Below, piece after piece: positions 1 to 15,615 of a stretch of DNA of 64,000 nucleotides. The stretch comes from Chrysomallon squamiferum (lineage: Eukaryota > Animalia > Mollusca): positions 15,562,001 to 15,626,000 of the forward strand of contig CM022666.1 in NCBI GenBank assembly GCA_012295275.1, written 5' to 3'. The position numbers were made by a program, and so were the translations under genes. Numbering within the stretch: position 1 is the stretch's first letter; each line of letters opens with the position of its first letter. The notes under the pieces are model-generated. The model ran no database searches. It was not told the origin of the DNA and worked only from the letters and a program-made list of their open reading frames with translations.

Positions 1-631
1 GCCACAGTAAAAACACGTGTATCCGTGGTAGTGGAATATCATGGCGTGCTCTCGCAGCGAGGCCTTCGTGGCGAACAGAATGCCGCAACACTCGAGAAGC
101 TTCGAGCAAGCTTGGTGCATCGTCAACATGTGTCTTTTCAGATTGTTCCGTCTGTCTGTCGTGTAACGGCACTGAGAGCACGGGAAGATCTTCCTCCCGT
201 AGCCGTACTGCGACGAGTAAGGATCTGATATCTGCCCTACCACCGCTGCAGGAAGCGCCTCCGCGGGGATTACTTTCTCGCCCTGCGCAGCCGCAGACGC
301 CTGCCTCAGACCGAAAATGTCCCGGGTCTGCTGGAGAGCCGCCTGTCTGTCCGACAGCACCAGGGAGGGCTGGGTGAGGGAGGGGGAGAAATGGAGTTTC
401 GGCATCCCGTCAAACACGCGGAAACAGTTCGTCTGCTGCCGCCGGACATGGTCGAACAGGCTGAGGCTGTAAGGAAACGACGTCAGCGCCGACGCAGACA
501 CTTTGCCCAGGTTGTCGGAGTCGGAACCGAGTTTCAGCGCACTCCGGCCGGACTCCGTTAAGGTTGGAACGGGATATGATCTGGATAATCCCTCGAGTAG
601 CGGCGGTCTGGGGCAGTAGAGCGGAATTGGT
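1..631 (-). CDS. Coding exon of a C2H2 zinc-finger transcription factor (continues past the left edge of the window)
   Basis: Acceptor ttcatttttatttacag| with AG at 633-632. After 1 nt, 210 codons are open to position 1: PIPLYCPRPPLLEG...YGRKIFPCSQCRYTTDRRNNLKRHMLTMHQACSKLLECCGILFATKASLREHAMIFHYHGYTCFYCG. This contains a canonical C-x2-C-x12-H-x4-H finger, a second finger and the start of a third. GC-rich compared with the flank. Absent from the ORF track because the frame has no stop inside the window. Confidence 0.93.
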
Positions 632-937
632 CTGTAAATAAAAATGAAACAATAAGAATTGAGAATACATTTATGTTCAAAGAAAGAAATGTATATAAAG
701 ATACTTATATGCATATACATACATGCATACGTACGTATATTGATACAGCCATGAAGACATACACCAACCTACAGACATACACAATACATATAATAATACA
801 CATGTTCATACACTAATCTGCAAAATCAGAGCTATAATGAAAATTCAAATACAACACAAATGATACTGATGATGACATGGCTCTGATTATATATGTAATA
901 AATACAATAAATACAAACACACATACACAAACAGTGA

Positions 938-1006
<69 letters not shown>

Positions 1007-1558
1007 GTTGTTGTAGTGTAATAGTAGCAGCAACAGCTGCAGAAGTAGCAGTAGTAGTAATAATAGTTATATTAACAGTAATTATGGTAATAGTAATAAT
1101 GACTGACAGCTGATGAATTATTCTTATATGGAAACCAGCTAAGGATATATATATATATGTCGTTAGACATAATTTTTAAATTTATTTATTATTATTAATA
1201 AAAATAAAAAAATCTGTTTTGGCTTCCCTTTCTACTGCTAGAAGACGATACGACATGAAAGAAACGATAAAACACGAGTAAAAGGAAGAAACAAGAAGAA
1301 AATCGATCCACAAAGATATTTTCCAAGTTCTTGTATGTTCTAGTCACGGAACTGCCAATGCCAGAGGCGCGTACACACAGACATCAAAGAAACACCCAAA
1401 CACACAACAAAGTGAAACTAAACGATTAATCGATAATCGGACACCAGGATATTTTAATTTATTTTAATTAGTTGATCGATATTCCTTTATGAATATTCAT
1501 AGGAGAGAGCTGTAGTTTCGAATTACTGCAAAACTGAATAAAAGAACGTGCAGTAGCC

Positions 1559-1589
<31 letters not shown>

Positions 1590-2161
1590 TTAGTTTTGTA
1601 ATTATGCAGAATTTTATAACTTTATTTATGTTTGTTCTGCCGTAGAAATTTTCATACAAAACATTATGGTTAATAATAAATAAACACACCATAATAGGAA
1701 AATAAATAAACAAAAAGAACAAAAAAAAAAAAATGAAAAAAGAAAATAGTAAAGCTCATTCTGCATTAAATAAACAGTAAAATAAAGCAATCTAATAAAA
1801 TTAAATTAAATTAAATTAAAAAAACACAAAAAACAACAATACTACTACTACTACTACTACTAATATAATAATAATGATAATGATGATGACAATAATAACA
1901 ACGATAATAATAATAATGATGATGATAATAATGTGATGATGATGATGATGATGATAAACATATGTATATAAAAATAAACACACAGAAATAAATAAAATAA
2001 AATAAATTAAAATAAATAAATAAATAAATAAATAAAAACAACAACAAACAAAACTGATAACTAACAAACTAAATATATATATGGTTAAAGTACAATAAAA
2101 ATAACGAGTTTTTTCTTTTGTTGTTTTCTTTCTGTCGAATGAACAAGACAGTGTTATTGAC

Positions 2162-2249
2162 AAAATGTACAAATCTGGAGCAATTTTGTGAAGTAATTTT
2201 TATTTGTATTAAAAACTCGATCTGTTTGGAGTTTATACTGAAGTTAAAA

Positions 2250-2321
<72 letters not shown>

Positions 2322-2329
2322 AAGAAGAA
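2162..2329 (+). repeat. Dispersed repeat copy A (about 85 bp plus an (AAT)n(AAG)n tail)
   Basis: aaaatgtacaaatctggagcaattttgtgaagtaatttttatttgtattaaaaactcgatctgtttggagtttatactgaagttaa, nearly identical to 24854-24939. Confidence 0.85.
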
Positions 2330-3174
2330 TGACTAAGACGATAATGTACAGATTATACTCAATCTAAAAAAAAAACTATTTTGAAAACAGATAATGGAAA
2401 TTTGACAGCATCAATGCAATCCAAATAGGTCCTCGCTAGCTCTTTGTACCCGTTGATATATCCTTTCACTGTGTAGTACCGTAGTATAAATATATTTTAT
2501 ATCTTTGTACCTAGTATTTTAGTATATAGTATCAGCCTGTAATATCTTAGGTTATCGTGTGTAAATATTCATGTAGTGTATTGGAATAATTTTATTACAG
2601 CTAAACAAACTTTGAATAACGTACACCTGTCGTCTGTGCCTGTTGTAGAATTCAGTCCACGGCGCGGACAGAATAACCTGAATTACTGTAATTCATTAAT
2701 TTAAAATTAGCTGCACTCATATGTACAGCATCATTGATTTTTTTTTTTTTTTTTTTTTTTGGCTATTACAAGATGTATTTTAAAATAAATGTTTCGGATA
2801 CAAGTGGCAGGGTACTTCAGATTGAAAATAAATAAAAAATAAATAAATAAAAAAACCAATAAAAGCTCCACATAAAACATAATACCACGTGATAGATTGC
2901 ATCACTGTTTCTTTTTCATGATATACTTTAATATTATAATTTCACTTTTTTTTTATCTGATTTCTGATATCTCTGTCAGTGTTAATTTACCTCTTTAAGA
3001 TGTCAAGTGTCAATGTAATTATGATTTTAAATCCACTATAAAATATTATTGTGTATCTCTCACTTTAAACATCGTATAAATTATAAATAGTATTCTCGCT
3101 CTATCTGTCTATATAGATGTAGCGAGATATCTTGCTCTGTGTACTAAAATGAAAAATATTCCATCCCCACGCTA

Positions 3175-3530
3175 TCAACGTAATTATTAACTTTACGCCA
3201 AACACGTAACGATTATTGTCAGGCCTATGTGTAACCGTCCTAATTTCACACTGTATTCATTTTACACTCTTTACGTAGCGTAATGATAATCGATCATCGC
3301 ATATTGTAACGTATTAATTAATTGCCGTAAACGTATTAACTTCACGCAATATAAGTAACGTATTACCAATGCCGTATTTTGTAACGTATTAAACTCAACG
3401 TAACTGTGGATCACGGCGTATGTGTAATACATTAATATTCAGCTGAATGTGTAAAGCTTTGCTCCGTAAACGTGACGCATTTATCTCACGTCTGTATGTA
3501 TTTAACCTTTAACGTGTTCGCAAACTGTTC
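3175..3530. repeat. Degenerate tandem repeat with core GTAACGTATTA
   Basis: The core recurs at about 3306, 3329, 3355 and 3381, with weaker copies on both sides. Confidence 0.6.
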
Positions 3531-3887
3531 TGAATCTTAACTTGCTGTAAACAGCGAGGAAATTCGCTAAAGCTCTATACATAAAATTAATATTTAATGA
3601 TGAAAACGCATTTAACACAAGCTTAGTGCGTTTGACGCTCAATTGACTGGTTCTACGCCTAATATAACAGTAGTAGCAGAAGGTCGTAAAATTACAGGCG
3701 AGGGCACTGTATGAAGTTTTGAACAGGAGGGACGCGCGTGTTAAAACATGGGACATGACGAAATCTTTTACCAGTCTCAAGATTCTGTTTATGGCTTTGC
3801 GAATAATAATCACGAGAGTCTGGTAACATGTGTTTGTTTATTCTTGTGCAGAGGTTCAGAATACATATAAGTGTGAAATGTGTGATA

Positions 3888-4015
<128 letters not shown>

Positions 4016-4279
4016 TTATCATGCTAGAGAGTGAAATGGTAGCGACAGTATTTATGAAAAAAAAATGCATTTATTAAGAACTCTACAAAAACCATAATTA
4101 GGAACAGAAGACTAATAGAAGTTTTTATTTGTTTTATTTTATTTATTAATTTAATTTAATTTATATTATATAAATTAATAGTAGTAGTAGTCATAACAGT
4201 ATTATTATAATATAATCAAACAATATGAATGATTAAATAAATAATGACCACAGTAGTGGCAGCAACAACAACGACAACA

Positions 4280-4321
<42 letters not shown>

Positions 4322-5189
4322 GGTTTAATGGTAGTAGTAATAGTAGTAAATGTATTGAAGATATTTACGAAATGTATCAGTGTTATTGTATGGGTATGAG
4401 TAATATGCACAAGTATTATATAACAGATTACAGAAAATTAGCTAAGTCATTTCGTTGTACTACATGAATTTGAAAAAAAAAAAAATGATACGAAGAAAGA
4501 AAAAATAATAAAAATGAAATAGATATTTAAAAAAAAAAAAAAAAAAAAAATAGAGAAGCAATAAAAACGAAGAAGGAAAAAGTTGAATGTATCTTCTTTT
4601 ACGCGAAGTAATTAATTCTAAATAAGTGCTATTTAATTTGCGTTCGGAAAGCCTGTCAGACAGAGAATTCTCACGCCTATTTATCTATCTCTGTGCCGTA
4701 ATACAAAGATTCATTTTGCCGTCATCGATCAACTTGACTGATACCTGTAGCGGAGAACAATTTGTACAACGCGAGTGAACAAGACAAAAAAAAAAAAAAA
4801 AACGCTGAAACTTCGCCAGAAAGAAATGTTTTCCAACAAACAAAGTTATCACTTACACACGGACCGGTGGAACAAACGACACTAAGACAAGGTAACATTA
4901 TACGTCGTTATTAATTCCACTTGTCCGTGTATCGCTCAGTGACAAAATGCTTCTCCGAGGAGCAGGCGGGGCCAATTATATTGCCGGATAAACTCGGAGT
5001 TTGTCGCCTCAAAGAATCGGTTGGAAACTTGTTAAAACTAGGGGTGGGGGACATTTGTTACTTGATCGCGGCTTTGTAGGTGGAAGAAATTGATAATTAG
5101 AGAAGCGAAACGTCTGTAATCATCCTGCCAAACGTGGCACAGCGCCATCTATCACCGGGGTCGTTTGTCAGGCGCTGGAACAATCTGTC

Positions 5190-5428
5190 ACTGCGCGCAA
5201 CATCCGCCGCGTAAATATCCGGACCCAACCACGTCTCATAAAAGACGACGTGTAGAAAGTATGCCGCAGTTAAGAGCCGGCAGTCAGTGTGTTTGTCTGA
5301 TGATGCGGACGTAACCACGCTGCGCAAACATCCGGTAGTGACAGTTTTGCGTAAACGTCCGACAGAAGCTATCTGCGTAAATATCCGCCGGTAACTACGT
5401 TGCGTAAAGATAGGATGCGTAAAAACAG
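5190..5428. repeat. About 27-bp degenerate tandem repeat with core TGCGTAAAYATCCG
   Basis: Cores at about 5208, 5321, 5348, 5374, 5401 and 5416. Spacing is 27, 26 and 27 bp in the central part. Confidence 0.75.
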
Positions 5429-5559
5429 AAATGGAGTATGTCGTTGCTTAATGATAATTATTTATTAAATTGGTTTGATCGATTTTCACATTAGAAATTT
5501 ATTTGGTTGAAGGAAATGAAGATTGTTAGCTTATTTTATTTTATTTTATCTTATTATAT

Positions 5560-5628
<69 letters not shown>

Positions 5629-5651
5629 GCTACTATTGCTGTCGCTAAATA

Positions 5652-5686
<35 letters not shown>

Positions 5687-5809
5687 ATTAAATAAATAAA
5701 AATTGAAATAATAAAACAACCAAAATCACAACTATCACGAACAATAAATACAATATCACCAACTCTATGAACTCAACTGTCAAACCACAAACTTCAGAAA
5801 CCTCAAACA

Positions 5810-6290
5810 TTTAAAAAACACATAACACATATGTCAGAGGCATTTTTAAATTTTACATGTAATTTATTTTCAAAATCGATACATAGCATATTTTTAAAAC
5901 TATAGATATAATTTATTTTTGAAATTATACACATAACATATTTTCGAAAGTTACATTATTAAAATACAAATAACATAATTTAAAAGATAGATATAATGTA
6001 TTTTTGAAATATACATATAATGTAAGTGTTAAGAATAATATAATTTATTTATTAAATATACATTTGACGTAAACCTATTTATATTATTTTAAAACGAAAA
6101 AAGTTTTAAAACGTTCATATAAGGCAATTATTAAACAAACATATAGTGTAAATTTTTGATAAATAATGTAACTCATTTATTAAATATACCAAACTAACGT
6201 AAGACTATTTATTTTCAAAATGTAAAAATTTTAAAACGTTCGTTTAAAGCAATTTTAAAATGTTCACAGAAGGCAGTTTAACGCATTCAC
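5810..6290. repeat. Degenerate AT-rich tandem repeat, unit about 30 bp
   Basis: Recurrent acatataa...tttattttcaaaat units and two copies of acgtaa-ctatttat...aaaacgttc. Confidence 0.5.
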
Positions 6291-7235
6291 AAAATTTGTT
6301 TCTCACAACTTAATTTCAAACTGGCCGAGGTATAAAATAGGGGACCGTTCGTTTAATGCGAAGTGTGATAGCAGACAATATTACAAATAAATCACAGCAC
6401 AAAACTGCACGGGTAAAACGTTTGTGATTAATGGCTGCCCCATTGTTGTGTTTGTAATGTCTCTTCTTTTTACAGCTCCAAAATTAGATGTACTCCGACA
6501 ACTGCAATTTTGTTTTTTTTTTTTTTAAATACCTCAGTTAATAGTTTTGATGAGTAAGAAAAAATATTTAAAAAAATACTTACAAACACACACACACAGA
6601 GAGACAAACAAAAATATACAAATATAATTTTTTTTAAAAATCTTTTTCTTCTTTTAGAAATAAGGAAATAACTGTTTTATTAGTTTGAGAAAAAGAAGAA
6701 TAAAGAAAGAAAATGAAGAACAATAAAAGAAACAAAAAAAAAAAAAAAAAAAAAAAAGAAGGAAAAGGAAAAGAAAAAAGACAAACAGAAAAAATATAAA
6801 GCTCAGAAAACGAAAGAATAAAATTCGATAAGAGAAACGCAAAGAAACCGACAAAAAAAAAAACAAAAAAAAAAACAAATAAAAAACAAACAAACAAACA
6901 AATATATACGAAGAGGAAACAAAGAAAAACAAGAGTAAGAAATAAAGTTGAGGGAAATGATGATTACAGTTTTCTTCAGTCTGTAATTAAAATTTTAGTT
7001 TTTTCTTAAAAATGTATAGTGATTAACATCTCAGTTTTTGACATCGCTAGATAGATAAATAAATTAATATACATTTTTCCACTTTTGTTTTGACAATAAT
7101 TTAAGTTGCATTTATTTCTTAACACAGACACACACACACACGTACATCTTTTTATATTTGCATGCACACAGACATATTTACATACATAAGTACACATACA
7201 ACATACATACATACATACATACCAACATACATACA

Positions 7236-7268
<33 letters not shown>

Positions 7269-7869
7269 GTTTTAAATAATTACACAATTTTAAATAATAA
7301 AAAATAAAATCAATACATATTTTTATATTTCGACATAACTGCGCTGGCTTTCATTATACACACATACGTACACATATGAACACACGCAAAAAACAACACG
7401 CACGCACACACAAACACACACGTGCATACATTACATATCGTTTTTGTTCTAAAGTGGCTTCTTCTTCTTCTTCTTTTGTCATCCTCTGAGCTATGAATAT
7501 TAAAACACTGACAGACACAGTGTCGTGTTGTTGGAGTCGCTGCCTGGACGCCTTTAATTACAGCGTGGTAAATCAAAAGAAATTGTAATTTGTCATATTT
7601 CGCCCGTCCCTAGCTGCCACTTGAACCTGCGTCGTTGCACGCCAAACGGCAGTAGATTAAGACGCGTCCTCGCCTAACCAGAGTAACGCGATATTTCCCG
7701 AGAGTTTTGCTGCAAGCTCGCGCGCGAATACGATACGCACGTGCAAACAGAGGGCGTGCATTTTAGCGCGTCTTATCTCATTAATTTGATCAGCTCTGCT
7801 TTTCTGCGAGTTGCGTTACTTGTACGTGCATATCGATCTTTAATAACTTGATGTTTTTATTTCTTTTTA

Positions 7870-7910
<41 letters not shown>

Positions 7911-8169
7911 ATTAATATTATTATTATTATTTTTATTTTTTTTAATTATTATTATTTTTGTACTGGGTTTAAACGGAACAGAGTTCGAATAGAAAATAAA
8001 TACCGAGATCAGACTGATAAATGAATAGATAGAAAGAAAAAATGGATTGACGGATAAATAGGAAGGTTGAAAGACTGACAGGAAGATTGGCTGACAAAAG
8101 AAAAATAAATTCTAAATAAATAAACGAATTAATTTGTCATTATTATTGGTGTTCTTCTTGTCAGTATTG

Positions 8170-8224
<55 letters not shown>

Positions 8225-9040
8225 ATAAAAAAATTAAATTAAATTATAATAATACATATTAAAATGATGTGAAATGTAGAAAGAAAATGAATAATTATAT
8301 GTCAATGGATGATTATCATCATCAATAATAATAATAAAAACAATAATAATGATGATGACGATGATGATGATAATAAAAATAATAATAAATAATAATGATG
8401 ATGATGATAACAATAACAATAATACAATAATAACAAAATTGTAGAATTAATATAATATAATGTAACATTATAAAACATAATATAACATAATATAATATAA
8501 TATAATATAATATATTATAATATAATATAATATAATATAATATAATATAATATAATATAATATAATATTAGGTATCATAGTATTATGTAATAATATATTA
8601 TAATGTTAAGTAGTTTTTTAAAAGAATAAAAAAAAAAAAAAAAATTAAAATAAATATTAATAACCTGAAATCTTCTTTTTAAAATTATTTATCTACTTAG
8701 TTAATATATCAACATATGTGCAGATACAGAAAAATACAAAATGTTATATAAATAAAAAATATTGTATAAAATGTTTCTGATGCATGTAACAGTACTGAAA
8801 TAAATTTAACTGCTTTCAAAAAAATATTTATTGCACTATTCTTATGGGAAATATCAGTACAGAATAAAAAAATAAATAAAATAAAATAAAAAGTACAGTT
8901 ATTAGAATATAATTAGTTTTGTGAAAGTGTACAAACAATTTAATTTATTCTATAAATTGGTTTACTTTATATTTTTGTATTTTATAGTTAAATAAGTAAA
9001 TGTAAGTGAAATATGATAAATCAATGAATGAATAAATAAA

Positions 9041-9122
<82 letters not shown>

Positions 9123-11114
9123 TAATAAAAGAAATATTAAAAAAAGAAAAAATATCAAATAAAAGAAAAATCAGTTTATATGAGATTAAAATAAAGAAAA
9201 GTAAAAATAAAAGTGTAAAATAAATATAAATATAATTGTATAATATATAAAGAATAAATAAATAAATAAATAAATATAAATAATAAATAATTAAAAAAAC
9301 AACAAATAAATAATAAATAAATAAATAAATAAATAAATAAACAAATAAAAAAATAAACAAATAAATAAATACATAAAAACAAAATAAATAAATATAATAA
9401 ACAAACAAACAAACAAAAAAATAAAAAAAATGTAATAAAATGTAATAAAATAACATAATATAAGATTAAATAAAATAAAATAAATATGTCAAGTTTAACT
9501 AGAGAGGAGGAGAGGCCTGGCAGAATTACATTTGAAGGCGAGACAAAGATGACAAAACGTGAATCTTCTGTAAATCTATCTTCGCATTTAAAATGACTTT
9601 TTCTTTTTTCTTTTAGGTTTTTTTTTTTTTTTTTTTTTTTTGGTCATTGTTCTTTTTTTTTTATTTATTTAGAAAGGAAATTTACTTCTGAAAAGTAAGA
9701 AAGGAAATGAAATAAAAGAAAAAAAAAAAAAAAAAACACGACGAAAAACAAGATTATGGTGATAAATAGATTTAGTGTTGTAGTAGTAGTAATAATAATA
9801 ATATTAATAATATGATAATGATGATGGTGTTGATTATGATGATGATAATAAATAGGATGAGGCTGATAATAATAATGATAATAATGATGATGATGATAAT
9901 AATAATAATGAATGAATAAATAAATATAAAAAAATCAGAGAGAGAGAGATTTTAAAGTAAACCAAATCGTACAAGTGTGACAAATAAAAAATGACTAAAA
10001 CTCTTGATATTCAATTAAATTTACCGTGCTGTGTGTGTGTTGTGTGTGTGGTGTGTACGTGTCTCTGTGTGAGTGTGTGTGAGTGTCTGTGTGTGTATGT
10101 GTGTGTGTGAGTGTGTGAACAGTTCTGAGAGTTAAGTTATATGTTTGTGACTTCTGTATTTTGACGACATTTCTAGGTTTCTCCCTTTTTCCCGTCTCTT
10201 TCTCTGTTTCACAGAAAGCTGCTCATATTGATACTTGCACACACATACAGACACACACACACACGCACACACACGCTCTCAAACGCAGACACACTGACGG
10301 GCACACAGTGAACTCATATATTTATTTTAAAACGAATTTTTATGTTACACATTCAAACACAGAATATTTTATTAATGTACTTCTCTACTCCGTCAACCTT
10401 TTTTTTTTTTTTTTTTTTTTCTTTTTAATTTTTTTTTTCTTGTGATTTATGATTTCTGGGATAAAATAATAAAAAAAAGAATAAAATAAAAGGGTTAACA
10501 TTTTATACCTTCTCTGCTGAAATCTGTAGCCGTGTACTGTTTTGTTGTAGAATAAAATTTTAAATTATTAATTTTAATTATAGTTTGTAACAATGTGTAC
10601 AAAAAACACACATCTGTTTGTATAAAGTTTAATAATTGATTTGTTTGGAATAAGATTTAAAAGTAGACTTAATCAATTAATATAAATAATATAATATAAT
10701 ATAATATAATATAATATAATATAATATAATATAATATAATATAATATAATATAATGTGGTATAGTATTATATAATATAATATAACATAATATAATGTGGT
10801 ATAGTATAATGTTATGCATCATAATATAATCTATGTCAGCATACTTTAAATACAATATAATACAGTATAATATAATTTAACTGTTGAATTTTATTTTATT
10901 TTATTTTAGTTTTATTTATTAACTTGTTTTTCAGCGTATAACGTTCAGTTTGATTATCGGCACCTTAAAATGATTTGGTTACTATTACTACTATTATTAT
11001 TATTACTATTATTATTATACTGATATTATCATTATTATTGTTGTTGTTCTTATTGTTGTTGATGATTGTAGTGCTGTTTTTGTGTTGTTTACAATAATAG
11101 TAATAATAATAATA

Positions 11115-11172
<58 letters not shown>

Positions 11173-11808
11173 TATTATTATTATTATTGCTATTGTAGTA
11201 GCACAAACGTACGTACCTACAAATACATAGCTACTGATCCATACCAAAATACATACAATCATATGAGCTGCACACACATATACATAAATGTATACGTACA
11301 TTTAAACCTATAAATAAATACATTTACACATATATAAATATATTATATTCAGTGCTTATATGTACACATGCTCGCTTTCAAATAGTCAACAAGATGAATA
11401 TATTCAAATTACAGTATGTTATTTTCATAACAACTTGCTGATATCTGTTTATTCATATTATTCACACTAATATTTATAGACTGGTATTTGTTTACCAGCA
11501 ATCATGAGCTTGAAGGCAGCAAACAAAAAGATAATTTATTTAAATATTTGTTGTCTCTTTTTTTTCTGACAGATGAAATAAATACTTATCTTTTAATTTA
11601 TATGAATTCTGCATGCAAATTGAGAACACAGAACGAATATTCAACAGAAACTTGTTTACTCCTATGTCGAAGTTCGAACGTATAAACATATTTATAAGGG
11701 GCGTACATTAATTTGTTACGTGTATACAATTACATATGTCTGTATAATGTATCAGTGTGGGTTTGTATGTGTGTATGTATATATATGGGTTTTTTATATT
11801 GAAGGGGC

Positions 11809-11896
<88 letters not shown>

Positions 11897-12237
11897 ATTA
11901 TGTAAATATAATAAACATTTAGTTTTCGTTTCGTTTCTTTTCTTATCGTCAATAAGAATCTTAATTTTTCTCTCTCTCTCTCTCTCTCTCTCGTATCTGT
12001 GACGAATCTGAAATTCAACGCGTTCGCGTGAAGCTGGGTGTATTTGTGTGCTGTGATAACCTGCGCAGCATGCCTCTGTATCATTTAATATATGACACAA
12101 AATTCAAAGTACATTAAAACGCAGTGCACGGCTCTTCGTAACCGGGCAACGGCGAAAAATATTTAAATAGAATGTCAGCCTTAAATCATCTGTCTGATAA
12201 AAAATACATAAAGAATACATAATGCCTTGCGGAAAAG

Positions 12238-12336
<99 letters not shown>

Positions 12337-12468
12337 TAAGGATGAATTAAACTTCCGATTTTTACTGAATGAAAATGACTTTTTCTATGTCTTTATTTAT
12401 TTATTTATTTATTTATTTAATTATTATTATTATTATTGCTATTATTACTTCAACTACTACTATAATTA

Positions 12469-12505
<37 letters not shown>

Positions 12506-12532
12506 CACAAAAACGACAACAACAACAACAAA

Positions 12533-12577
<45 letters not shown>

Positions 12578-13121
12578 GAAATAAAATAATAATTTAACAA
12601 AATAATTAAAAAAAGAGAAAGAAAAAGCATTTGTTCTTTCCTTCATGATGTGAGACGTATTTTAATACAAATGACGGTAGACTCTTCAGCTGAGTATTCA
12701 GAAAGAAAAGACGAAATAATCGGCGCTTGTTTTAGAAATATATCAATGTTTTCCTCAGACAGCTTGGAAAATTTAAAAAAAAAAAAAAAAAAAAAAGTCG
12801 CCCCCCCACCAGTGTTTGACAAGGTAGAGCGGTGTTGAAAGAACTGCACAAAAAGCTTTTCAAGCAGAACTTTATAGTTAGGTAATAAAATTTAATACGA
12901 TCCATCTAGATAGTAAACCTTAGCCTTGATACGTTCAAGTTGCTCTACTAACCGTATATATATTGTGTGTGTGTGTGTGCGTGCGTATGTGATCGTGTGT
13001 GTGCATGTGTGTGATCGTGTGTGTTCGTATATTTTGTGTGTGTGTGTGTGTGTTTGTTCATATATACACATACACACGCAAACATTATCAGTCTGTTTAT
13101 CTGTCTGTCTATTTATATATA

Positions 13122-13195
<74 letters not shown>

Positions 13196-14108
13196 TGTCT
13201 GTATGTGTGTGTGTTATGTGTATTATGCGTAATATCAGTATTTCGCTGACAAGTGTTACTAATGATAATGATGTCAAATATTTTACAAAAGAAACCTTAA
13301 ATAAAGTGATAAGAAAATAAATGACTGTCTTGAAGGCAGAATGTATGTATGTGTGTGTGTATGTATGTATGTATGTATGTATGTATGCATGTATGTATGC
13401 ATGTATGCATGTATATATGTATGTATGTATCTATCTCTCTATCTATCTATCTATCTATCTGTCTATCTACATGTATGTATATATATGTATGTATATATTT
13501 ATGTTACGTATATGTATGTACACTGGGTTATAACTTAAGAAATCAACAAAAAGTATATAAGAATTTAAATAAAGATAAAACTGTATAAAATATATATATA
13601 TATATATATCAAAAAATAAAAACAACAATGGAAAAGAGAGGGTGAGAGAAACAGAAACATTGGTCTTTATTTCATGTTTGGGTTTTTTTGGCTTGTTTTT
13701 GTTTTTAAATATTTACAGTTCAGTGTCATATTATTTTGAAGTTTAAAACATTATTTTCGCTTTATTAAATTATTATTTATCTTCATCATTTTCTAATGTC
13801 AGATCCGACAGAACGATGCTGATGTTGAAAATATAAATACTATGTGGACGAGTTTTCTGTCAAATTGTACAATATTAATATGCTGATATAAATATTTATT
13901 ATTTTCTGTCCAAAACATGGTGAATGTGTGTCTGTGTGTCTCTCTGTATTTGTGTATATCTGAGAATGTGTGTGTGTGTGTGTATCTGTATATATATGTG
14001 TGTGTACATATGTATATATACATACATACATAGCATGTATATGTATCTATGACTGTTATGTCTCTCTCTCTCTCTATAATTATATTATATTATATATATA
14101 TAGAGGTA

Positions 14109-14160
<52 letters not shown>

Positions 14161-14165
14161 TAGAT

Positions 14166-14218
<53 letters not shown>

Positions 14219-15128
14219 TGGATATATGTGTGTATATGTGTGTGTTTCTGTTTATCTAACCATATAAATTTAAATGTCTATTTATGTATTTTTCATCTGT
14301 GTATCTTTTTCTGTCTATCCCTTTTTCCGTCTGTCTATCGCTGTGACTACAAGCAACGTGTTTCTAGGCGTCAATAATGAAGACGTCTACGACGACACAT
14401 TGAATACAACTGTTTTAATGACACAGAGCATTGTGAATGGAAAACTGTTAAATATCAGTAACTGATTTATTTAGTTCGCTATTTATTTACACATGACAGA
14501 ATTGTGGGATTTTACAAAAAGAAATTTGCTTATTTTCCTAAATATCGTTGGTAAATGTCTGGTATATATTCCACTCATAGAATATGATTCGCTGGTAAAA
14601 AAAAAAAAAATAAAAAAAATCGTTTTTTCTTAATAGAAAAGAAAAATCAGGTTATAATAATATGAAAAGTGTATAAGGGTTTGTTTGAAAAATGAATAAC
14701 GATTTCGAAAATCTAATTATAATATTATAATTTAAATGGAAAAATGCAGAAGTTTATGCTTTCACTATAAATTTAATTCCTTTCGTTTATATTTAATTTG
14801 ACATTAGTTTATTTCCTCGAAATATATTTATTTTCTTTTCAGTTTTAATTTATATATTCGGTGTATACGAGTTGAAATTTTGGACGTTGTTGTAATTGAT
14901 ACCTCTCAGAAAATATTTACAACTGATTCGAACCGCTTAATAGAAAAATGAAAAATTTAATAATAAGAAAAGAAAAGATTTCTGCATTCAGACAGATTTA
15001 AAATGTATAATAATAAATTAATTTGCTTTATAAAAATAATAATAATAATAATAAAAATAAATAAATAGATAGTAAAATTCAACGGCTGTTTTTAAAAACT
15101 TGTTTTAATATATTTTGTTTAGTTTTTG

Positions 15129-15175
<47 letters not shown>

Positions 15176-15297
15176 TAAATTTATGTTTGTTTGTTGGTTG
15201 GTTTAGTTTGTTTGCGGTTTTGACAAATATTTCTTTTTTTATCCTGTTATTTTATATTGTACAATAATAATAACAACAACAACAGTAAGCGTAATAC

Positions 15298-15358
<61 letters not shown>

Positions 15359-15572
15359 TATAATAATAATAATAATAATAAAGAAAATATATTTATATAT
15401 TAATATTTATAAATATTTGTAAAATATTAATATGAAAAGATAATGTGTATTTTAAACAACAGTTCTTGTAGCCTTTATTAGTTTGATGTTGTTAATATTA
15501 TTGTTATTTTTTCATTCTTATTGTTGTTGATGTTGGTGTTGTTGTTGTTCAGTTAAAATCATCATTATCAGA

Positions 15573-15615
<43 letters not shown>

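Noticed and set aside
25-228. 67-aa plus-strand ORF
   Set aside because: It is the antisense shadow of the zinc-finger exon.
4745-4900. Possible minus-strand exon with a GTAAGT donor at 4856-4851 (MLPCLSVVCSTGPC)
   Set aside because: The phase-0 donor does not fit the phase-2 ZF exon, and the nearby acceptor leads to a stop within 20 codons.
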